DNA of 64,000 nucleotides from Convolutriloba macropyga (Eukaryota): positions 51,770,001 through 51,834,000 of the forward strand of contig NC_134469.1 of the NCBI RefSeq assembly GCF_964194025.1, written 5' to 3'. Position numbers and translations under genes: made by a program. Under the pieces are notes generated by a model that searched no databases, was not told the DNA's origin, and saw nothing but the letters and a program-made list of their open reading frames with translations. Positions 25,201-38,208 of this stretch are shown here, piece by piece (position 1 is the stretch's first letter; the number at the start of each line of letters is the position of its first letter).

Positions 25201-26444
25201 AAAGTAATGTCAGTGGAAATCTCACAACGCTTAAAGAGACTACCTAGGGTAATATAGCAAAAAGTCGCAAAAACAGAACGACGAAAATACCCACTTCCAC
25301 AATATGCAAAACACGGTGAAGGACTCTGACTCAACTTCTGTGATTCAAGCAAATGTCGATTTGAGGGGAAATGACCTTCAAATTCTGCTTAATTCAATCA
25401 AATCTTAAAAGTAACATGTTTTTAAAGCGTTAATTGTTCACTCATTCTTGAATTGACTCCTTCAGCACTTTCAATCTCTTCCTTTTAACTCTTTGTCTCT
25501 TAATCATAGCCTTTAATTCTTTAAGCCCTCTTACCATTCATTTGTTTATCTTTAAAATTCTCTGAATCGTTTAGTCCTTCGTCAACCCCTAACATTTAAT
25601 GTTGATTTCAAACTTACATCTTCAACAGTTTTGAAAGAAAATGAGGTTGCTTGTCTCTGATCAACCGCATCAAAGTACTAAAAATCTTTTGTTAGTGATT
25701 AAATCTATAACCCCTTTATGGCATTACCACTTATATAACTCAACCACTTATTAAAATTTTAGCTTTAAAATGGATAGCGCGCATCCTAAGATAAGAGCAT
25801 TTTTAGCTATAAAACTAGCACTGTGAAACATCCAAAAAATAACCTGTTACTTGCATCAATTACGCCATAAAAAATCTAACATCTCACCTGAACATAACTT
25901 CACATAAACTCAGTGCAGAACAAAACGTCAGAAAAACTCAGCACAACAGTGTTTTATAGCTGTATTTATTACTTGCGTGCGTCAAAAATTAGCACTCCAA
26001 GCAAAAGTAGACAATTGCACAAAAAAATTTCCGGAAACGCAGAAACAGTATAGAAATAGAATATTAATTCATACTGTTTTTGATTTCGAGAATTTTTATG
26101 ACGTAATCGTCTGTCTACATTTGCTTGGGTTGTTAATTTTTGTCCCATCCAAGAACTAGTTGCAACCATAACAGATCATTATCAAAATTCTTATTTTTTT
26201 TTGAGAAAAGTTTGATCTAAACAGAGGCTACAGCTCTTCAAATATCACATCTTAGCAAAAGTACGATGGAGGCAAATATTTATATTTTAAGCGAGAATAT
26301 AAAAGACAAACGCCACTGTCTCAATTTATCCACTGTTTCATTTTATCCACCGTATCAAAAACATTGTTTTGCGTAAAATACTCCAAAACTGACTGATGGA
26401 ACTGTAATTGCAACTAGTTGCCACCAAAAATCCAACTAGTTAAC

Positions 26445-26805
26445 ATAAACCAACTAACGTCGGATGAATTTCTCTCGAACGACAGTTGGGGGTAATTTAA
26501 TTTAGAGAGGATAAAGTTTAAAAATGTTCTATTGGTTAAAAAAGGGCACCACAGGTGTTTGAACCACCGACCTCCAGTTTCGCAGTCTAACATCATAACC
26601 ACTCAGCTACAATGGCTTTGATTTCCATTCGCTCATTTTTCGGGAGCAGCTTAAATCACACAAAAAAGGAAAATTAAGTGTGAAAAAGTCACTCAAGAAG
26701 TCCTAGAATGTCCTAGAACAAAAGCGGAAAGACGATCAAGCAAAAACTTTGCATAAAAAAAGACTAAGAGGTTTACAATAATTGCTTCAAACTTCGTACG
26801 GAAAT
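26445..26805 (-). mobile_element. HINE family B copy carrying a tRNA-like cassette (26545-26616)
   Basis: Family B ends; minus strand reads GCCATTG-TAGCTGAGTGG...CTGCGAA...GGTTCAAACAC (A-box and B-box-like). Confidence 0.75.
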
Positions 26806-26839
26806 TTCGTCAGGAAATGTCAGGAGAAGTTAGAATACC

Positions 26840-29570
26840 AACAAGGAGGCTCGGTAATGTGCGTTCGCACATTAAGTACCGACCCCGCTCATCTACATTT
26901 TTCACTTAATTGTCTACCAAATGAGGAAGAGATAAAAAAAATTAACATATCAACATATCGTTCAACAAACTACTAAAAGAATAGAACAAACTACTCTAGA
27001 GGGTCTATGAGACCTGTGGCTACCATAAAATGACTACCAGAAAAGACGGCAATAAAAATCGTTATTGTAACTAAATAGTTACAAACATTAATTACGACCA
27101 AAACTCCTTGTCCATTTTTTGAAAACCAATAATAACCAAATCAAAAGGGCATCAGATAAAATTTATACTAAGAAGATTAACCAGTACTTTTTGGAACAAA
27201 ATATGGGACTTTTCCTCAATGCGACTTGGCAACAAGTCGACTAGAAATGAGCAAAAGCGGCAAAAGTTTATTAAAATATTGAATTTTTTTTTAGAAAGTA
27301 TTAAATTCGAACTGATTAGAAACATTACGCATCAAATGAAATCATTGAGAGAGTCTTTTATACCTCAGTAGAGAGCGACTGAGGCCTTTTATTATACAGG
27401 ATATGTCATACGACTACAAAAAGAACGACAAATACAGGCAAAATTTGCACGAAAAATTATGCATGAAAACAATGTCCCCCCAATCAATTAAATATTAAGC
27501 TGAGCACTAAAAACAATAAAAAATATTCGTTTGTATTTTTTGCAGGTGAAAACATTTGTAAGTCAAATGACGCACATTATTGTGATACTGTGAAAAGAAA
27601 AAAAACCTACAAAAAAGGGGCAAATTTGCAAAAATCACAAAAATTGGTTTTATGAAAACCGGTTGTTCCAAGAAGAAAGACCATTTGAAGAAAATTAACC
27701 GAAATTGTATTTCAAAAGAAAAATGATTTGAATTGTATATAGAGATGCTTAGCTATAATTTAACAGAAATAAAATTGGCAGAACTCAAAAATCTATCTCT
27801 TTTTATTAAAAACAAATATTTTCAAAATTTTCATAGCCAACAAAAGCTTTCAACTAAAAATGTGGACAGTTTGTCTTGCAACTACTCAGAAAACTAATTT
27901 CAACTGTTATTAATGAGACTAAATCATAAGACTATAAAATAACATTAAATACAAGCTGAACTAATAAGTCTCAAAAACAAATTTACGAAACCACAGTTTT
28001 GAAGCCATTAAATTTATAAGATATTAACCGCGAGAATATAACATCTTCATTTGCGTCGCCTTTGATCATCATAACATTTTTTTGTAAAATGACTATCACA
28101 AAATGACAACAAAAAGAACCACAAAACTGAAAAGTATCTAAACTTCAAATTCTTCTGAAACAAATTGTCTAAGAGCTGAAGACATTATTTAAAAAGTTTA
28201 AATAACAGAAAAATTATTGTTTTATTCAAGAAAACATTAAAAAGAGCTCTAAATAATGAGGCTAATTTACGAAAATGATACAACATTGTTAAATACGAAA
28301 AAAAACTCAAACCAGAACAAAAAGGGATAAGTTGAAGAATACTATTACACTTTTTTTTAGAAATTTATTTCAAAAGTCAATACAACCATTAGTTATTTAC
28401 CGACATCAGTTATTTAAGTTCAATTGTTTATCTATAGTTGGCCACTCAGACCTTTAGTTACACAATTTTTGGCATCTGACAACAAAAATTAACAACAAAT
28501 AAAGGGCAAAAATAAAAAACTCTTAACAATTTCTGCAAGAGAACGGTATCGCAGCCCTTGAAACCATATGTTATGAAAACAAAAATTATGTTCAGTTTCA
28601 AACGTTGTAAAGCTTTTATCAGTCAGATTGTTAAATATTGTGACAATTTACAAAAGAAACGAAAAACAGCAAAAATGGGCAATTATGCACAAAAATCAGA
28701 AAATTTTGTAAAAAATCTTGTAGTACCAAAAACAAGAAAACCTTCTGTTAAAACAATCGGTCACAAAAATCAATTTTTTTTTCTATAAGGAGAAAAGGTT
28801 GACCTGTATTTACTGAGAATAAGCAAAATGTTGACTAAAATAATATAAAAAAGTGAAAACAATTTCATTCAATAACATAAGACATTGGGTAACAACCGAA
28901 TGAATAGAAAAGGTTCACATGCACCTCTTGTGGAAGACATTTAGATTTTTGAGTGGTCAAACTTGAATATCAGACTGCCAAAAGAATAACAATTGAAGGC
29001 AAATACAAGATTTCAGTTAAATTTTACTAAAACTCTTCAAAGCCATAAAAACCCTTTGGTTCTCTGCAAATAAAAAGTATCTACATTCGGCCTCAAATTT
29101 ACGTAAATTAGAGCTGTCATTAACGGAGAAGTGAATAAAAAATATTGTCAGTAATGAACATGAAAAGAACAAAATAATTTGAAAAAAAGCAGCATCAAAA
29201 TAAAAACCAAAAAGTCTCTGATTCTAAGAGTCCATGATATTACCGAAACTCTCCCTGACATTGTCGCGCGCCCAGCAATCCGACCAAGTGTTCCAAATAT
29301 TTGCGAATTAGACCAATTGTTGAGTGGAATTCTTCAAATATTTAAAAAAAGAACGATACATTTTGTATAATTATTGAGTTAAATCTGCAAAAAACGGCAA
29401 AGTTTTAATTCCAGAGGACTTTCAAACGGCGCATAATTGCAACTAGCGCTCTTTTTGAGATTAGTGAGCCTGTGTTAAGGTTTCTAGGTGGTCACTAAGT
29501 CCGGCAAACTTAGTGGACCAACAAAGCCAACAAAGTGGACACTCTTCTATCTCAAACGGTAACAACAACA
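26840..29570 (-). mobile_element. Long HINE family E copy, 5'-truncated, inverted relative to 9169-11594
   Basis: aacaaggaggctcggtaatgtgcgttcgcacattaagtaccgaccccgctc matches the reverse complement of the E 3' end; collinear similarity continues to ~29570. Confidence 0.8.
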
Positions 29571-30093
29571 CTCTTCCGTTATAAATTTTAACTGCGTAAA
29601 CGTGGTTAAAAAGAACTCGAAAATCTTTAACAGTAAAAATTTCGTCTACTCGCCAGTTATCATTGATTACGAATTAGAAAAAATCACAAAAAAATAGAAG
29701 TTTCACTTCTAATGAAGAAAAGAGCTCATCATAAATATCGCAACGTAAAAAACTTGCCGAAACTAATTGCGATTCTACTGGTTCGTCAGTGACCATTTAT
29801 TCCGATGTGAAAACAAAAATTTTGCAATATCAGAACGCTTTCGAAGCTGGTAGATGAAACTGTGGTGCGGGTGCCAATTTTTTAGTGCTGTGGCAAAAAT
29901 CCTTTTTTCCGGAAGAACTTTATAGCCCCTCACTACATTTGCCTCTGCTAACATGTTCTTACCATTGATTTGACATACATCATATCATTTCGCATTGTTT
30001 TGCTGACCGGTGAAACACGGAATCACAATTATTTTTTACCGAACAAGTTAGGCGAAAATCGACGTCAAACAGCGAACAATTACAGAAGCTAAC

Positions 30094-33000
30094 CTAAAGA
30101 TTGCATCGGTGCTTTCATCAACTGCCTTCGCTTTTCCGTGAAATCTTGATCTAACTTCGGTAGACATTTCCGATTCCAGAAGTCAGAGACAGTTTCATCT
30201 TCATAAAGAAGAGACGCAATTCTTTCGCTCAGATTAGTTCCACAGTCATCGAATTCCACAAAATCAGTTGGCTGCAACTCAAATGTTTCAACACGATGTC
30301 CGAACAAACTCTGCGATTGGACATCTTGATTGCCAGAATTCTGAGTTGGAGTACATATGTCTCCAATGAACTGCGACTGCCCAACTATTTGATTCGACTC
30401 ATTACACGAGCAATCGTTTCCCACAGCTTCGTTGCCATCTGTTGGATAATTACACACTTCCTTAGTTTCATAAATGGGTCCTAAGCTTCCGAATTGAGTT
30501 TCATCGAAATAAGCTTCTAATGCCCCGACTTCAGTTCTGGATTCCGCTTGATACACATTGGCTATATTAGGAGGAGCTGAACATAATTTTATTGCTTGAT
30601 CAAAAATTTTTTGCCTAGCAGAATTTATCAGAGCAGTCTTAATTAGCAGATTATTTGGTCTAACTTGTACCACACGGGGCGTTGTTTCAATAACCAGCGA
30701 TGATGTGGTTTTAGCCGATTCTATTGTTTTTCTTTCAACTCTCTCCATTGGTTCAGATTCCGAATACTTCACTACAACGTCCTCAGAGGAATCAATTGTT
30801 ACAGTTTGATTCATTTTGAAGTCAAAATAGCCGCCTCTCAGTCGAATTTCGCCATACAAAGCAAAGTTAGCAGCTTTAAATTTTATCAGTGGAAGCCAGT
30901 TTAACATGTAGCATTTAGTATCACGCAACTGGGCTGTCCTTGAAATCTTCATAACCAAGTTAAAACTTTCGTTTTTCGGCAAATCCGTCCGATTCCTAAT
31001 CCTACTATCAATCAGCGCATAATTAGCGTTTAAAATGCCACGATCAGGTACAGGAATGTTAATTGGGCTATCAGAGGCCGTCTCGAAGTAGGGTGAGAAT
31101 TTCTCAAGCTGTGATCCTGGGTAGAATGATGCCGCTAGTTCAATTTCGTACTCAACTTTGATGCTTTGATTAACAAATTTAAGTTCGAAAGATTTGATTG
31201 GTGAAGCTGCCAAATCTTCCGCATAACCTTCAGAATCTGCACCATCATCAGATGTAATGTTACTCTCATTTTCCTCCTGGAGCGCTAAATATGATGTCTG
31301 CTGACAATTAGGCGAGATGTTCTCCAAATATGGTGCTTTAGTTTCCGCTTGTGCTGAAAACCATTTTTGTTTACGTCTTGGACAAATTTCAGAATCCATA
31401 ATGACTCCTCTTTTTGGTGGAGTAATCGAGCTGCAATCTAAGGGCGAAGGAGATCCTTTCAAATTGCAATATCCAACTTCATTCTTCACTGAATTGGTTC
31501 TGCCGTTATGTGCCAAATTCACCAGATCTATTTCTTCCGACAAAATTTGCATATTCTGACACTTGCTGGTGGAAACAAAATCTGCAACGTTGAAATCAAG
31601 GGTGTCTTTGATGGACACAGCCTTCACAGCAGTGTACTCGTTCTTCACGTTATTACATCTAGATGTAGCAATCAAACTATTCAAGCTGCAGCTTGTTGGC
31701 TCCGGATTAACACTAGTGTCGTTGTCAGAAAAGATTTTGTCGCCTGATACTTCTGAGTTCACAAATGATTCGATAAATTTTTCTTCAGAGCATTGCTCCA
31801 CGCCCGGTTCAGTCTTGACCATTTCAGATTTTGAACTAACTAGTTTATCCGATTCATTTAAGGGGAAGAAACGCTCATTTGTTAGGTCACTTGCAAAATT
31901 GCTGTTACTGAATTCAGTCCGTTTTATCCTGTTAACGTTAGAGCATCCACCTTTCTCAATCATTGTTTGAACTGAGTTGAGCTCATCTACAGCTCTTATC
32001 TTCAAGCCTCCGCTTTTGAATTCACTAAAGGATGAAGGCAAGGCATGCAACTCGTGGCATTCATTATCGAGCCTCTGATTCGAGTCTTGAATGCTCTTGA
32101 TACCTGAACTTTCCAATTTGATTGATTTGTCACCCTCGCTTCTAAATTTACATAAGTATCGACTAGAAACACCATCGAAACCAAAATGGCGAGGTTTCAT
32201 GTTTTGAGTAAAGGACGTCAACTGAGAAAACATTTCTTCATACGATTTATAATATGACGACGAGTTTATCATTGATACTCCCTTCTGAGTTGCTATGTCA
32301 ACAGATTTTAGAGCACAGACCGAATCTGATGCTATGATAGACACATTGAATTCGAAACTAAGCTCATTGAAGCAGTCATCCAGCAACGAAAGAAGTTCTA
32401 AAGGATCAAACGAACATGCGGGTTCAATCCCTTGTGTCGATATTTGTCTCACGAGCTGGTTTTGCGCTCCGATAGTCAAGTTGCCCCTCTCCATTGGCAA
32501 CGCGGAACTTACTTCATTGCTTATTTCGTTTTTTCTCATAAAAATCTTTAATTTCTCAGCAAATTTAGCCTGTAACTGAATGGCAATTCTCTTCGGGTCA
32601 ACTGCTGAGGATGCAACCACAACACCCTGTGAGGATGAAAGACATATATCAGAACTTTTCCGGATTAAAATTTGAACTCTTTTACGCAATTTCAACATCG
32701 CTAATTGCTTCATTATTCCAACTGAACCAAAAGCCCAGTCAAATATGACATCCAAGTTGGTCACAGCTTCCGATATTTGTTGTGCTTGGATACCGAAACA
32801 AGTAACGCTTCTCTTGGCACTCAAATGCGTGGTATACGCTTCCATGGAACTCTGTCTCTTACAAAAACCTGGATCTGTCGCTTCAGAGGCCTTTTCTACA
32901 TAAGAGCAAACTGAATCGATTGTTGGACGGTCTACCATTTCAGCTTCCATTTTGACCAATTCCGATGGAGATTTTAACTGGGGTTTTCCCGTATAGTGAT

Positions 33001-33592
33001 GGTAGATCGCCGCGGCTATTTGCTGCCTGGCTTTTGTCGAACTACTTGAAACTTGACTAAAGTCAGCTAAGTCACTAATGCAATCTTCGCATTTAACGTC
33101 CACAACTGACCACTCGCTTTGTGAAGAATTGAGAATTAACAGATCGACAATATCACCAATCATGTCCATTGAGGTTAAATTTACACATTGCGCGGTAGCG
33201 TGACCTTCGTCCATTATAGTAGATGTAGTGTTGGTGTTTCCCATTTCCTGAAGCAGCGAAGCTGTTTCTATTGAGACAACACGAGATAATGAGACTTCAG
33301 AGTCAAGAAGTGAAGACGTATCCACATTCGCAACATTTTCCTGCAAAAATTTATCTGTGACTGTCTCCAAGCCGTGGTTCGAACCAACTTTAAGTTCGTT
33401 CTGACAAGTTTGGTGCGCTGACCTCAAACCAAGGATGTCGTCAACCTCTTGAGCACTTTCGCTGAGCTGTGGATCTTGATTGGAGTCCTCAAAAAGCAGA
33501 GGAGACAACGGCGTCAGTTCATCGTAAAAGAAAGCATCTTCATCATCAATTATGTTAGAATTCCGATCGCATGCAATCTCCTTCTCGTTTTC
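30094..33592 (-). CDS. 3.5-kb exon of a large Ser/acidic-rich protein with no recognisable domain
   Basis: 1139-aa ORF, extendable by 28 codons to acceptor aaacag| (33593-33595, phase 0); donor |GTTAGC at 30093 (phase 1). An uninterrupted ORF this long in AT-rich DNA implies selection. Confidence 0.85.
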
Positions 33593-33709
33593 CTGTTTAT
33601 AACATGTTAAACAGCAAGTTACAATGTGAAATACTCGATTTCAATTTGCCAGTTTTATTTTCGCTAAATCTTTGCCAGCCTGCGGAAAAAAAACTTTAAC
33701 ACTTAATAA

Positions 33710-34150
33710 ACACAGCTGACAGATTGCCAGAAAATAGCCGCGATAGCTTCGTACATCTGCAGTCTCAAAAAGAAAACGACAAGAAAAAAGAAAGTTGTTC
33801 TATTTATTAACTGATACGTTATACTTTGATTAAGAATCTGTAAAACTTATTGCTGCATCTATTAGCCGCTCTCAAAAAATTTCCAATCAGAGTAACAGAC
33901 AATCAAGTGACCTTATCTCATTGAATTAAAGTAGAGAGAAATCATTTTGCGAATGAGGAAGTCAATTTAGTGCGATAAGTCACGTGTGACCAGGAACTTT
34001 ATCAAACGAATTAACAACAAAAACTCACTACGATAAGAGCAAAAAATGACGTCAAGCCGCACCTAGTTATGCCGAAATTGAATGAACAAAAAGCAGAATT
34101 GAAGTAATCGTGACATCATATGGATGTAACAGCAAATCTTGACGAAAAAA
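33710..34150 (-). mobile_element. HINE family A copy lacking one terminus
   Basis: acacagctgacagattgccagaaaatagccgcg start; collinear with 2041-2480. Confidence 0.75.
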
Positions 34151-34387
34151 AAAACATACCAATTCAAAGTGACGTGACTTAACAATTCAAAGAATTTTCA
34201 TTGACTAACCTTAACATTAGAGCTAGATTGGACTATAGATATATTGGGAGAACCATATGGAAAAAATGCGATCAAATACTCGAAAAAAAGTAAAAATCAA
34301 TGCCTCGTTGCCACATGTGAACAAATCACTAGCCAGAATCATCAAACAAAGCTTTTAAAAAAGAGTTTAAAAAAATACGTCAAAAAA

Positions 34388-34788
34388 CATAAACCGACAA
34401 ATGTCGGAAGAATTGCTCTTGAACGACAGCCGAGGCAATTTAATTCAGGGTCTGTAGCCTAGATCAATTTTTCTTTATGGGTGCAAAAACCTTGCCCCAC
34501 CGGGATTCGAACCACTGACCCCCCGATCCACAACCACTCGCACTAACCACTGCGCTATGAGTCACTTATTATTCCTATGCTGCAACCGATTTTATATTAG
34601 CAGCAAGCTTTACTTCGGAGTGAGAGTATTAGAGATCACTCAAAAATGATGAACGAAAGCGTGAAAAAGTCACTCGAGAAGTCAAAAAAAGTTCTATAAG
34701 AAAAGCACAAAATTTTCAAGCGAAAAATTTGCATAAAAAAGACACACGTTTAGAATAATTGGTATGAGCTTCGCTCAAGAGCAATTAA
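34388..34788 (-). mobile_element. HINE family B copy carrying the best-preserved tRNA-like cassette (34493-34563)
   Basis: ccgac-aaat-gtcgg palindrome and aattgctcttgaacga subTIR; minus strand TAGCGCAGTGG (A box), TTGTGGA loop, GGTTCGAATCC (B box). Confidence 0.8.
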
Positions 34789-35746
34789 TCAACACACTTT
34801 TTTTGCTCCACTTCCTTTCTCGCTTTCTATTTTACCTGCAAAATCGTCTCTTCAAATTGACTTCAAAATCATGATAATGCGGGAACAGGGGTGAAAAATA
34901 GCCAGAAGAGTTGCGGAGATAAAACGAAATAGTCTTTTCACCAAAAAAAAAACAAATTTTCACTTAAAGATTTTCACTTAACTAGTATCAGGTGGCAGCA
35001 ACCGTTAAAGCAGACAACCTAAATATCTTTAAAAATAGCTAAAAATAAATTAATCCAAAAAATGTTTACGTTTTTATATTGTACAAAATCTAGTATCAAT
35101 ACCAACAACAAAGTTCAAGTAGCTGGCATCTAAAATTTGGCTTTATGGGTTTATCCCGCTTGTATTTTGATTTCGCTTTCCGTTACTTATTCTGTTCATT
35201 TTAGATTGCTTTGTTGAGCAACTGCTGTTTAAAAGAATTTTGAGTAGAATGAAACTGCGAATAACGAAACTAGCATAGACAAGTCAGAAAGAATTTATGC
35301 AAAATGTTGAACCAGCTAAGAACAATTACGACATGAATACAAGCTCATGAACATAAAAACAAGCAAATTCTTCAAAAACCAGACAAAGAAGCAACACAAA
35401 TTAAAGACAATAAGGACAATAAATCTAAAGACTATGCTGACATAAAAAAAACTTATTGTGAAAAACTGATACCGCGAACTGCTGTAATAATAGAAACATG
35501 TACGGTAAGGTGGAGAAATGGCCAAAATTATTAGGATGGACAAATACTGACCGACTAAAAAACTGGGCGCACTAACAATTGACAAGAAAAATTAAGATAA
35601 TAATCTGAAAAACTTATAACTCCGCACTTAGCTCTGCGACCCAAAAGACATTCGGAAAACAAACGGCAGATCAAACTCCTAGAAACTGAACTGTTTTTTT
35701 GGTGCTACAACAGACAAAAAACTCAAACCGTTGCATAATTTAAATC

Positions 35747-35890
35747 ATAACCGACTAACGTCGAAAGAATTACTCTAGAACGACTAGTGGGCGAAAAGTC
35801 GCTCGAAAGGTCGAAACGGCTAAGAAAAAATTTTGAATAATGACCGACACATTTAAAATAATTGCTTCAAACTTCGTTCGAGAGCAATTA
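35747..35890 (-). mobile_element. Short HINE family B copy
   Basis: ataaccgactaacgtcg...aattgcttcaaacttcgttcgagagcaatt. Confidence 0.7.
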
Positions 35891-36311
35891 ATTACCATGC
35901 AGAAAAAATACCCAAAAGCGAACAAAATTGTATAATACCATAACCAAGCCGCAAGAATAATTGCAGAAAACAATTATCAGTCAAAACTGAAAGCTAATTC
36001 CAGCAATTTTTCAGTGCTATATTGTAATTGCATTATAAATGCTACAATCAATTGCAAATTAAAGAATCTAAAAAGAGCAGACCCAAAAAGCAGAGCAGAC
36101 AAATCTAAACGTCTTAACAGAATGCTAGAATGAAACGGAGAAAGAAAAAGACTACTTTATAGTTTTTGATAGTCAATACCAATGTAGAAAAAACGTTTAA
36201 AAAAACCACTTTAAAAAAACCACTTTTAAAAAAAACCGCTTAAAAAAACTTTTAATTATTTAGCATTTATAGCTTTGAAAAATTATATAACCATTCCCTT
36301 GTCCAAAAAAA

Positions 36312-36810
36312 ACATAACTGGCAGATTGCCAGAAAATAGCCGCAATAGCTTCGTAGATCTGCAGTCTCAAAAAATCAGTAAAAAAGACACACCAAAAAAA
36401 ATTGTCTTTTCATTGAAGGCTGATATGTTATATTTTGATTTAACATCTGTATACGTTTTTGCTGCCTCTAATAGCTGCTCTCAAATAACCTTCATTTAGA
36501 GTGACACACACCCATTTGACCTTATCTTTTGAATTTAAATAAAAGTCAATTTCAAAGTGAGGAAGTCATTTTTGAGAGTGAGGTAAGTCAAGTGGGACCA
36601 AAAATTTAAGCGAATCAACAAAAAACTCGCTCCACTAAGAGCGAAAAATGACGTCACACACGCATTTCAGTTGAAATTGCATGAACGAATGAACAAAAAG
36701 CAGATTTGAAGTGGTTGTGACGTCATATGGTCGTAACAAATATCGCGACGACGAAATAAAAAAAACCAAGAGAAGGCAATAATAGTCCCAGCTATCGCTG
36801 TGCGGCTATT
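36312..36810 (-). mobile_element. HINE family A, complete copy
   Basis: CTGGCA-gat-TGCCAG palindrome; AATAGCCGCA / TGCGGCTATT subTIRs; highly similar to 2041-2540. Confidence 0.82.
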
Positions 36811-37416
36811 AAAAAACCAAAAATTCAAAGCTTTGCGACGCGAAAAAAGTTAAAATTGCCAATTATCAAACAAATTTTTATTGAATTTTAAAGTCTTAGC
36901 GACATAGTTAAAATAAAAATTCATTTACTGATCAACTTCCGAACTCCGAAAAAAATGATACTGTTCAAAACTCCGAACAAATTGCTCTCGACCGAAAAGC
37001 GGGACAATATAATTCGGAATATAAGCAATACAGAATTAGAATTTTTAAGGGTGCAATAACTTACGCCCAAGTATGGGTTAGAAACATGCGCCATTCTATC
37101 AAATTCACTCTTCAAAGTCAAAAAGTGGTTCAAGAATCAATTACTGAACGATCGAAAATTTCTCTCACTCAGAGAAGACTATTTCACTTGGCAATTTTAT
37201 TCACTTTCGCTTGTAGGTCAAAACCGAAAACTCTAACGCTTCTTTGAGTCGTAGGAAACCCCAATAAATTCAATAAATTCACCCCCAATTAATTCAAATT
37301 CTTTGAATAATAAAAAAACCAAGAGAAGGCCAATGATAGTCCCAGCTATCTCTTAGCGGCTATTAATAACAGACTAAAAACTGTTGAGGGTTGTTTATCG
37401 TGATTGAATTACTAAC

Positions 37417-37437
37417 CTGAGTTGAACGAATACTCAT
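37417..37437 (-). CDS. Candidate first coding exon (MSIRSTQ) of the large orphan gene
   Basis: ATG at 37437; donor CAG|GTTAGT in phase 0, matching the acceptor at 33593; upstream acceptor ttttcag| at 37484-37486. Confidence 0.45.
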
Positions 37438-37557
37438 AATGTACGCACTTTATCTTGATTAATAATTCTCAGAATTAAAGCCTCTGAAAACACCATAAAT
37501 CACCAATGCCACACACTCTTACCACTAAATCTGTAATGGGTTTCAAATTTTCAAGTT

Positions 37558-37563
37558 TTTATT
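37558..37563 (-). terminator. Candidate polyadenylation signal of the SR zinc-knuckle gene
   Basis: AATAAA on the minus strand followed by a GT-rich tract (gtggtaagagtgtgtggcattggtg). Confidence 0.4.
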
Positions 37564-38208
37564 CACTAATCTCAAATTTACTGACATCAGAACCAACATC
37601 GGAATGTCTAAGGACGCAGAAACTTGTAATCGAAGCTGCGTCGTCAGATATGATCATTGGTCATTCGGTACAGAGAATTCTTTGAGAGTCGACATTTAGG
37701 TCTAGTCGAGACTCGGATTGCGCCTGAAGTGCTCTAAACTGGAAAAGACATGGACACAAGTCGTTAGTAGCAGTGGGAAAATGGAGCTTCGTATCTCGGA
37801 GAAGACTCGGAGTGTCTAGACTTAGGGAGTAGCGGTTCGATTCGGAAAGCAGACAATCGGTTCGGTTTCCGAGATCGTTAATCAGCTCTAAAATGATACT
37901 TTGTAGTAATGAAAACTATATTTCATACAATTTGCATATATTCACAAATCAGATTTCACATAAAACACAAATCGGATTAAAAGAGTGACAACAATGATCA
38001 TCAAAATTCCCACAAGAAAGGATTAATACCTCAAGTGAAGCTTGTGAAATTTAAAGACAGTTATTACTAAGTCACTATCAGAAAATTTTATGGATAGGAA
38101 AAATCTGAGAAAAGGATTCATCAATCATCACAAAGTTTTTCACCTGGGATGTCAGTTTTGGGGAAGAAGCACGGCTCGGCAATTCAACAGCTTTACGCAA
38201 CATCAGCT

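Noticed and set aside
30296-32579. Short plus-strand ORFs within the large exon
   Set aside because: Antisense shadows of the 1139-aa frame.
34493-34563. Functional tRNA-His gene
   Set aside because: Acceptor, anticodon and T stems are mismatched and it lies inside a repeat; treated as a tRNA-like cassette, as are 26545-26616 and 48211-48283.
37600-37887. Additional coding exon of the SR gene
   Set aside because: Lies after the in-frame TAA at 38209 and has stops in all three minus frames; more likely UTR.
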